Virus record (IMG/VR): IMGVR_UViG_3300030117_004232
Location: 1 to 64,000 of that record
Strand: one strand, 5' to 3'
DNA: 64,000 bases
Origin: a virus
Position numbers and translations under genes: made by a program. Below are positions 1 through 8,500 of the stretch, piece after piece (the stretch's first letter is position 1; each line of letters begins with the position of its first letter). The notes under the pieces are model-generated. The model ran no database searches. It was not told the DNA's origin and worked only from the letters and a program-made list of their open reading frames with translations.

Positions 1-1248
1 ATGGTTTTCAGTCACAGTCTTGAGCAGACGCTTGAGCACATGCGATTCATCCGAAACAATATCGAAAACACTGACATCCTCAAAGACTTGAAGCCGCAGG
101 GCAAGCCTTGGGCAAAGTCCTACTTTGAGTTCTCCAATGGCTCTCGTATCATGGCCAAGTCGGTCGGTGGTGCTACTCGTGGTTTCCACCCTGATGTCGT
201 AGTCTGTGACGACATTCTGTGGGGTACAACTGCGAGTGAACTCCAGCGTGCTGCCGACTGGTTCTATACCGTTCTTCTCCCTGTCCTTCACCACACTGGT
301 CGCCTCATGATGGTGGGGACACCTTTCTCTTACAATGACCTGTACGCCGAATTAGAGCAGAAGGCTGACGTGTTTACTGTGGAAACCTATCCAGCCATTC
401 TAGAAAATGGAGAGCCTCTTTGGCCCGGTCGATGGCCACTTGAAGCACTCAAAGTTCGTGAATCATCCATGCCTGCAATCAAGTTTGCGCGTGAGTATCT
501 TTGTGAGCCTATTCATGATACTGCGAGTATGTTTCCCAATTCTTTGCTTGAGCAAGCCAGAGATGAGAACTTGGTTATTCTTGACAAGGCAGAAATGGAA
601 TATGACGAAGAAGGTGAATCAGCCGGTGTGTTCGGTCAACATTTCATTGGTTGGGACCCTGCGATTGCGTCTGATTCTAACGCTGACTACACTGCTATGG
701 TTACCATTCGTACACCGCCCGGCTCTGAAGAGAAACAGATTGTCAATGTGCTGAACGAAAAGGGGCTGGGCAGCACTGCTCAGAAAAGACACATTATCCT
801 TCTAAACAGTCGATTCCAACCTGATTTGATTGAACTTGAAGGCAACAACTTCCAGCGAATGTTTGAAGCAGAACTCAAAGAGATGCGAGAGGACATTCCA
901 ATCAAGACCTTTATGACAACTCGTCAGCGCAAAGAGTCGATGTTCATGTCATTGCTCATGGCATTTGAGCAAGGTAAAATCAAAACCCCTTGGGGCGATG
1001 AGCGAAGCAGAGAATTCACACGAACATTAGAGACCCAATTAACCCGATTTGGTATGCAAAAGAATGGGCGCTTAGAGTCTGTTGGTGTACACGATGACTT
1101 GGCCATGGCACTTGCTTTGGCCAACTGGGCAACCAAGGAGTTCAGAGGCTCTTTGGTATCGCTAGACGACTATCTAGGCGGATTCGACGAATGGTTTGGA
1201 GATGTGCCACAGAACCATGTGGCAGGAGCGAATTGGTTCGTCGCTTGA
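1..1248 (+). CDS. terL: Terminase large subunit (5'-truncated by window edge)
   Basis: Walker B-like DVVVCDD after RGFHPD, coupling motif MVGTPF, RNase H-like nuclease motifs IGWDPA, D..A and HDDLAMALALA; Walker A is not in the window. Confidence 0.93.
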   Translation: MVFSHSLEQTLEHMRFIRNNIENTDILKDLKPQGKPWAKSYFEFSNGSRIMAKSVGGATRGFHPDVVVCDDILWGTTASELQRAADWFYTVLLPVLHHTGRLMMVGTPFSYNDLYAELEQKADVFTVETYPAILENGEPLWPGRWPLEALKVRESSMPAIKFAREYLCEPIHDTASMFPNSLLEQARDENLVILDKAEMEYDEEGESAGVFGQHFIGWDPAIASDSNADYTAMVTIRTPPGSEEKQIVNVLNEKGLGSTAQKRHIILLNSRFQPDLIELEGNNFQRMFEAELKEMREDIPIKTFMTTRQRKESMFMSLLMAFEQGKIKTPWGDERSREFTRTLETQLTRFGMQKNGRLESVGVHDDLAMALALANWATKEFRGSLVSLDDYLGGFDEWFGDVPQNHVAGANWFVA

Positions 1249-1297
1249 CGTAATGCTCATTAGGGAGTTTATGACACCAAAATGTGAGGGGAGATGT

Positions 1298-2608
1298 ATG
1301 TGGCCATCATTAGCAGTCGGTCAATCGGCACACACCCTCGACATGGGTGATGAAACCTTGACTCAAATCGCAAATGCATTATCAGCACACCCACTTCTTA
1401 AATCTCAACCTTTGCTTGCAAAAGGCATTGCTTCTCAGACAATTTTACCATCGGTCGATGCCATTGTTACACCGTCAGTAGATTTTGCACCGACAGGTGA
1501 CAGTTGGTTCGATACTCATGTTGGTAAGAGCGCAAAAGAAGTTGTCAAGGATTTGCGCAAAATTCGTCGTAAGATGAAGGATTCTAAAGAAGACATTGAC
1601 GCGGCCATCAAACAAGTTCGTATGCTGAAACGAATGGAAGTAGATGCGACATTGGCCAAGTTGTCTTGGGCGCAACCGCACCACGATACCATTCGTCAAC
1701 TTGGGCTGACTGACAAAACACTCAAGGCATTACGTCTTTTTGGCAATCGAAGGGAAACCAGTCTACTGCGAGCATGTAACCTATGGGAAAATGCAGAATC
1801 TACTCTCAAGCAACTGGATGAGTTCCAAGATGTGTGGGGAGATGAAGAGCGATTGTCTTGGGTCAATGCGATGGAAAACAAGTCTGACGCCCGAAAGATG
1901 TGGAAGGCCGCCTTGCACCAAATCGATTCTTTGACTGAAGAGCAACAGAAATGGCTTAAGATGGCAAAGCAAGAGATTGAAACTCATGGGTCTATGAAAG
2001 CCCGTGCGATTACTGAAAATATGATTTCCAAGGGTGTACCCAGAATCAATGCTACAAGAATGTCAAAGTTGCTAAAGATGTATGGTGAAGAGTTGAATAT
2101 CATCAAAGGTCATCGTAAAGGAGAATACATGTGCATTAGTTCAGAAGGTTTGGTTATGAAAGACCCTTGGGCTTATGCAGCGGGTTTCCTTGATGCTGAT
2201 GGTTACATTACCATCACTGAACGCGGTGAGCCTCGTGCGGGCTTCTTAGCAACTGGGGAGCGCGGGCGCATGCATTGCGAGGAGTTGCACAAAAACATTG
2301 GTGCGGGCGTCTTGCAACTAGACCAAAAAATCTACTCGGACAGTCAAAAAAGCCAACACCGAGTTACATTCTATTCCAAAGACGATTTGACAAAGTTGTT
2401 GGATAAAATTACGCCTCACTTGAGAATGAAAGACATGCAGGCAAAGGCTGTTGTTGCGTTTATCAGCGAACAAGACCCGCTGAGAAAAACTCAACTCAAA
2501 CGCTTTGTACAGTTCTCTAACCGCGACGGAACGACCAAAGGTGAGGAGTCACTCCGCGAATGGGGAGTAGACAAAGATACAGTGCTAAGTTGGGCGGAGG
2601 GATTGTGA
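1298..2608 (+). CDS. LAGLIDADG-domain protein with N-terminal helical region and probable winged helix
   Basis: AYAAGFLDADGYI motif at 2171-2203 followed by typical LAGLIDADG spacing; ATG 1298 preceded by GTGAGGGGA; stop overlaps portal start (TGATG). Confidence 0.75.
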   Translation: MWPSLAVGQSAHTLDMGDETLTQIANALSAHPLLKSQPLLAKGIASQTILPSVDAIVTPSVDFAPTGDSWFDTHVGKSAKEVVKDLRKIRRKMKDSKEDIDAAIKQVRMLKRMEVDATLAKLSWAQPHHDTIRQLGLTDKTLKALRLFGNRRETSLLRACNLWENAESTLKQLDEFQDVWGDEERLSWVNAMENKSDARKMWKAALHQIDSLTEEQQKWLKMAKQEIETHGSMKARAITENMISKGVPRINATRMSKLLKMYGEELNIIKGHRKGEYMCISSEGLVMKDPWAYAAGFLDADGYITITERGEPRAGFLATGERGRMHCEELHKNIGAGVLQLDQKIYSDSQKSQHRVTFYSKDDLTKLLDKITPHLRMKDMQAKAVVAFISEQDPLRKTQLKRFVQFSNRDGTTKGEESLREWGVDKDTVLSWAEGL

Positions 2609-4383
2609 TGGCAGAGCAAAAAGGTAGAGTCAGAAGACTATTGGATTCAATCGGAAATCCATTTCGTAGAAGAAGCACACCAGAGCCCTCAATGCCTCTG
2701 TGGACTACAGGTATTCAAGAGCCGGTATTGGTTCAGGGTATTACAATTCCAGCACTGTATGCAGTGGCCAATGAAAATCTAATTCTAAGGACTGTGCTTA
2801 CCACTCTTCAACAAGAAATTTTCCGCCGTGGTTATTACTGGGAGAAGTCATTTCACAAGAAGTGTTTAGACTGTGATGAAGAGTATCAGCATGATACCGA
2901 AGAATGCAAACAGTGTAACAGTACAAACTTAGTTACCCCTGACGTAAATCAGTTGGTTTATCCAAAGTGGTTGATTGAACAGCGAAACAGCATGGAACAG
3001 ACGTTTATGGATGTGCTTCGTGAGATTGAGTATGACCTTAACGTCACTGATGATGCGTTTTTGGTTTTGGTTAAGGAGTATTATATCGACCCCGAAAGCA
3101 ATGAAGTTCAGTTTTATCGAATCAAAGAGATTCTCCGTGGTGACCCTATCTTTATGCGCATCATCGCTGACAAGCGTGGTGTTAGAGGTGGGCGTTTCAG
3201 AGTTTGTCCTGTGCACCGAAATGAAGTGCATGCCTACTCACAAGAAGAAAAGCATTGTCAAATCTGCGGCAACGAATTGCAAGATGTGCACCACGTCAAC
3301 ACGGCAGGTTCTGGTAAGACACAATACTACTTGGAAGGCGAAGTCATCCATGTAAGTAAGTACCAACCGAGCAAACTGTATGGTCGCTCTCCTGTTTCTA
3401 CACTGTGGCGCCAAGCCATGACATTGACTGCCATGGATAATTACATGTACACAGCATACTCAAAGCGACGTATTCCTCGTGGCATTCTATCTGTTACCAC
3501 TGACAACCTTGAGTCGATGAAGTCTTTCTTCAAGTCAACAGATGAGAAATTAGAACGTGACCCACACTACATCCCTAAGATTGGTATTGAATCAACTACT
3601 GGTCGTGGCGGAATCAATTGGATTAAACTGATGGATAGCCTTGAAGAGATGCAATACATTCCTGCGCGTGACGAAATGCGGCAGCGGATTGCTGCATTCT
3701 ACGGTGTATCGAATGTGTTTATGATGGACACAGGTAAGTCTGGTGGTCTGAACAACGAAGGTATGCAAATTCTTGTAACCAATCGTGCAGTTGAATTCGG
3801 GCACAAAGTGTACACAGAGCACCTGTTCCCTAGACTCATGGAAGAGATGGATGTGACTGATTGGAAACTTACCTTGTATCCGAATGAAGAGGAAGATGAA
3901 GTCACTCGCTTGCGACGTGATGAGATGGAAGTCAACATTGCACAGCGTATGATGATGCTCGGCTTTACCCCTCAGTTAGAAGAAGATGCGCAAAGAGACA
4001 TTCGATTCAGATATTCTCAGCCTGACCCTGCTGCGGGTCCACCGGGCGGAGGTATGCCACCCGGCGGAGGTATGCCAATGGGCGGAGTACCTATGCCCGG
4101 TATGCAAATGGGTGGCGGTATGGGCACACCCGGTGCTTTGCCCAGTCGTAACATCAGTCCACAAGGTGCAGCGCAAATGGCTAGACAAGCACAAGCAGGT
4201 ATGCCAAACCCCGGTGGAGAAGGCGCGGGTCTGAGAAATCGAGGCCCTGCCAGCCCACAAAATAGAACGTCTATGGGCGCAGGCTCACCCGTTTCTAGTG
4301 TCCAACAAAGAGGGCCACAACCAAGCCCTGCACAGCAGACATCTCAGGGTATATTGAACGCCCGTCAATTCAGGGGCGCTTGA
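2608..4383 (+). CDS. Portal protein with two Zn-ribbon insertions and a disordered P/G/M/Q-rich C-terminal tail
   Basis: Position after terminase; portal-like motifs YGRSP, PRGIL, IAAFYGVSNVFM; CxxC..CxxC and CxxH..CxxC insertions; GGAGG RBS. Confidence 0.85.
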   Translation: MAEQKGRVRRLLDSIGNPFRRRSTPEPSMPLWTTGIQEPVLVQGITIPALYAVANENLILRTVLTTLQQEIFRRGYYWEKSFHKKCLDCDEEYQHDTEECKQCNSTNLVTPDVNQLVYPKWLIEQRNSMEQTFMDVLREIEYDLNVTDDAFLVLVKEYYIDPESNEVQFYRIKEILRGDPIFMRIIADKRGVRGGRFRVCPVHRNEVHAYSQEEKHCQICGNELQDVHHVNTAGSGKTQYYLEGEVIHVSKYQPSKLYGRSPVSTLWRQAMTLTAMDNYMYTAYSKRRIPRGILSVTTDNLESMKSFFKSTDEKLERDPHYIPKIGIESTTGRGGINWIKLMDSLEEMQYIPARDEMRQRIAAFYGVSNVFMMDTGKSGGLNNEGMQILVTNRAVEFGHKVYTEHLFPRLMEEMDVTDWKLTLYPNEEEDEVTRLRRDEMEVNIAQRMMMLGFTPQLEEDAQRDIRFRYSQPDPAAGPPGGGMPPGGGMPMGGVPMPGMQMGGGMGTPGALPSRNISPQGAAQMARQAQAGMPNPGGEGAGLRNRGPASPQNRTSMGAGSPVSSVQQRGPQPSPAQQTSQGILNARQFRGA

Positions 4384-4419
4384 GCAACATTAAAGGTGAG
4401 GCACGGAGTGGGGATTCGC

Positions 4420-4761
4420 ATGGACCTACGCAAGTTAGACCCTATGGCTAGAAAAATGCGCAGTCACGTTGATGCCTTTTACAAAGCGCTAGAACAAAAT
4501 GACTCCCTAAGTGCAAGTACACACATCAATGAAATTGCAAAGTATGCAGACTATCTTGCAACCGATGTTGAAAAGGCAATCATGAAGGCAGATAACGCTG
4601 CACCAAGAGGTGTGAATGATATGTATGCAGGCGGTGTGCCTGTACGCAAGTTCAACCAAACAGAACGAGTGCACGCATCGTCAAACCAAGTATTGCCGGG
4701 AACCATCCGAACCAATCGAATTGGCTCGATTATGCGACCGCAAAGCAACCGAACACTTTGA
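4420..4761 (+). CDS. Head-module hypothetical protein
   Basis: ORF in operon; ATG 4420 after GGAGTGGG; contains IMKA site. Confidence 0.6.
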   Translation: MDLRKLDPMARKMRSHVDAFYKALEQNDSLSASTHINEIAKYADYLATDVEKAIMKADNAAPRGVNDMYAGGVPVRKFNQTERVHASSNQVLPGTIRTNRIGSIMRPQSNRTL

Positions 4762-4770
4762 GGTGATTGA

Positions 4771-5142
4771 ATGAGTGAAGAAGAGAGTAATGTCGCAGAG
4801 CGACTAATGGGTGCACTTATTTCAAAAATGGAAAATATGGATAGTGAGTTGCAAATACTCAAGTCAGAGAATGCTCAGTTTAGGGCTGCATTCAATGACC
4901 CTGCTGTGATGTTAAGGAAGGCTGGCTTTGTTCAGGCTCAAACTCGCCGACCAGCAGATGTCCTTGCTGACCCATTCCGAGGAGAAGGGGATGAATTTAT
5001 TTTGAAGGGCTTCGATGGAGAAGTCATTACCGCGCCTGAAACAAATGCAGATTTCCACGCAATGGATTGGGCAGATATTCACCAACTTGCTGAACAAGCC
5101 AAGAGTGTAGGTGCGATAGGCAATAATGTTGGTATGGAGTGA
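4771..5142 (+). CDS. Small scaffold-like head protein (coiled coil plus MDWxxxHQLA motif)
   Basis: GAGGTGA RBS; C-terminal PETNADFHAMDWADIHQLA resembles the protease/scaffold C-terminus PSTEELANMDWSQVHQLA. Confidence 0.6.
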   Translation: MSEEESNVAERLMGALISKMENMDSELQILKSENAQFRAAFNDPAVMLRKAGFVQAQTRRPADVLADPFRGEGDEFILKGFDGEVITAPETNADFHAMDWADIHQLAEQAKSVGAIGNNVGME

Positions 5143-5147
5143 TAGAT

Positions 5148-5579
5148 ATGAAACCACGATTTGAACCAAGAAGTGCAGACTTTGACGCATTGTTGAAAGA
5201 AGCGCTAGAGTTAGAAGAAAAATTAATTGAAAAGGCTCAGCCCGGATACAAGGAAAAGGAAGGCGCTACAGTAGGTCCTGAAGGATTTTACACTGTTGCT
5301 GGTGGAGGAAAGAAGAATGTACGAAACCAAGGCTATCAGACCAACAATACAACCATTGAGGTCGAGGATGTCAAGAACAAAGGGGCCATTTCAGAGAACA
5401 GTGATGTAGCAACACGCGAATCACCTTACTATCCTACTGCATTTAGCACCACTGGTGCACTAGAGAACTCAGCCGGTGGAGAAGGTCCAGTAATGAAATC
5501 TGTTGGCGGCTCAGTTGAGCGTATCCAAGTTCAAGACTTGAAGAAGTCTGTGGACCGCCTTGCCCGCCGTCTTGAGTGA
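5148..5579 (+). CDS. Head-module hypothetical protein
   Basis: ORF in operon with GGAGTGA RBS; several hydrophobic-K-[AS] sites. Confidence 0.6.
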   Translation: MKPRFEPRSADFDALLKEALELEEKLIEKAQPGYKEKEGATVGPEGFYTVAGGGKKNVRNQGYQTNNTTIEVEDVKNKGAISENSDVATRESPYYPTAFSTTGALENSAGGEGPVMKSVGGSVERIQVQDLKKSVDRLARRLE

Positions 5580-5595
5580 ACGGCGGGTGGTGTGG

Positions 5596-8500
5596 ATGCG
5601 AGATGGTCCGTTAGACAGTCTGGATAGGGCTAGGGCAACCTTTCTCGCTTCGATTGGTGACAGCGTCGGTAAGGCTGATGCTGGGGCCGACTTCTACTTC
5701 GCTGCACTGAATGCAAAGCGGCATGGCTATGTGCTCAAAGGCTCTGATGAAGGGCTGCTGAACATGTTCAATTCGATTATCAAAGAAGAGATGTATGATG
5801 AAGTTGGGGGCACAGAAGCCCCCGGCTTTGCTGACCCTTTGGCACCTGCTGGTCAAGAGGCCCAATATGCGGCTGGACTTCAACACGGTGGGCAAAGGAT
5901 ACCGGATACTGTTTGGAATCCAGATAGAGTCGTTCGGCCAGTGGCAGGTCAATCTCTTTCTGGTCGTGACTTTGAAATGACGGCTGGCAAGGCTGGGCTT
6001 GCTTATGCTGATACAGATGCGCTTCGCCATGGCCCACTATATGCACAGGGCAAAGACGCAGACTCAACGGCTATGATTGATGCAGTATCAACTTTCTACC
6101 TTCCAGATGACCGTTATGGTGAAAGACAAAGTGAAATTGATGCTAAGAAAGAATTGGCTTGGGACAAACATCACGAGACAGGAGAGAGTGACTTTGTATT
6201 GGGTCCTCGATTTTATGGACGTTTGCCTGAAAATATGACAAATCATGCTCAGTACGAAAGGCATTTTGACGGGTGGAAAAGAAATAACCCAGATGCTGTA
6301 AGAGAACTGACAGAAATACATGGGCCAGAGGGCGATGATGCAGTAGACCATGCAATTAGAACAGCCCACATGGATGAAGCAAGAAGAGGTTGGTCGAATG
6401 AGAATAAACTTGGGCTGTTCGATTATCTGTTTGGTTTAGAGTGGCACACTCCTGAACAGCGCGATAAGATTTACCAGCACATGAGAGAACATGGCGTATC
6501 GAACAAAAGTCGTGCAGATATTGACAATGGCTTAAGTCACACTTCTCGACTTGTACGTAACTTCCAACAGAGATTTGCACCGATGTATAACCATTGGATT
6601 CGGCATGCACATGCTGGTGGAGAAGTATTTGAGCACACCGGCATTGGTTTGGGTGGAGACAGTCCTTCTCTCCAAACAAATTTTCAGGCTATAAATTCAA
6701 TTAGCGGTGGTTATGAAAAGGCTGTCGAAAATTGGGAAAATATGACTGGAGAGAAGTTGGGAAGGTATCCTAGACTTAATGCAAAGGGAAAACCACACAA
6801 ACAAGCAGGTGAATTCAATGAACAATTAGTAGTCAATGCTAATGGTCAACTTGAGAGAAAAGAAGGATTTTCTTCAAAAATAAATCAAGCCACGTTGTTG
6901 GCTTTATTGAATGTAGACCCAAGAACTAATGAAATACATACACCCGGAAATCATCCACAATACAAAAACTGGCACCCTTCTCAATCAGCATTCACTCAAG
7001 ATGAAGTAGACCACATTTTGAAGGAAACAGACAGGATTCAAAAACAAAAACGTGCAGGTCGAATTGGCAGAAACGCAGGCGGAATGCATTACTATGCACA
7101 TATAGACCCAGATATGTATTCGCATGATGTAACACAAGGGGACCACCGAGGGCTGGCTTACCATTGGAATCAGCCGTTTAGAGGTGTAGGTGGTATGATG
7201 GGGCATCCGAATACATTGTTTAATCTCCTGCATGAACATGGCTTGTTTTTGCATGACACTAAGGTTGATGAAAATGGTAACCCCCTCCCTTTCCAAAATG
7301 ACTTTGGTGAAAGCGAAAGTTTGTTGTTTAATCGTTCTTCAACTGAGGACCAAATCCGACTTAGGGTAAGAGAAAATACAATGGAAGGGGGTACTGCATT
7401 TGCTGGTGGCGCGTCTAGAATTGCTGACGGTATGATGATGGCTGCTTTGGCTCCGTTTGGCCAAACAAGTCCTGAACTTACATCGTTTAAGCAACAAAAG
7501 CGTGGCAAATTAACAGCAGAAACAAGAGTGGACCAAGGTGATATTACTGATTCTGAAGATGCCCTACATGGTCACATTGGTTCCCTTAGTGGTAAGAGTG
7601 ACCGAAGGGAGCCAAAATTTAGAACGGCATATCATCCGAGCCCAAAGTATGCAAACCAAGCGCGTAAGCAGCATAAAAGGTCATTTGAAGAGAATGATGC
7701 TGCTGGAATGAAGGAGGTCAAAGATGCGTTCAATGGCGTTACCGCTGGAAGCATTCCACTGATTCATTCAAAGTCCGGGTCAAAAGGTGGCTTTGCTCAT
7801 GGTATGGAACACGTTCGTCGAAAGATTGCGCATGCGTTTCATCGAATCGGCACTGCACTTGGCTTTGCCAATCCACGACTACGTCCTTCTGCTCGTGTTG
7901 CTGATATGAACTTACCTAGACCTGAAGTTATTCCTACAGCAGCAAGTCACGATGTCATTTCTGCCTTGGGACATCGCCAATTTATCGATGACCCCATATT
8001 GGCTGAAGGTGCACACTCTGATGCTTTGAGTGAAAAGTTAGAGCAACAGAATGAAGCCTTTGATAGAATGATGTTGATAAATGATAAAATCAAATCTACT
8101 GATAATGAAGTAGAAAGGAAGAATCTTGAATTAGAGCGCGACCATCTTCAGGAGGAAATAGAGAAATTAGGTGCAGATATAGATTCTGCTGGTCCTACCC
8201 ATAACATTCAGCAGACAAGAACAGAGCAAGATGTTCTGCGCTCGCACACAAACGCAATTGCTGAAAGGGCCAAACAATACCTACCGATGATGAACCCTGC
8301 TCTATTCCACCCTAGCCTTCCGCTTGAGGTGCTAGAGGGTAACGTCATGCAATATGCCGCGATGATAAACCAAATGCTTGCGCGTGAGCCGCATGAAAAT
8401 CATGGTTTACCCGTTTTGGGCAATGCTGAAGCGGCCATGCAAGAACAAGAAGTACGCCCGCGCCCTTCAGATGTCAAAGAGTTCATTCATGGCAACAGTA

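Noticed and set aside
1196-2608. Intein or group I intron associated with the LAGLIDADG domain
   Set aside because: No intein terminal motifs; the flanking terminase C-terminus and portal appear uninterrupted
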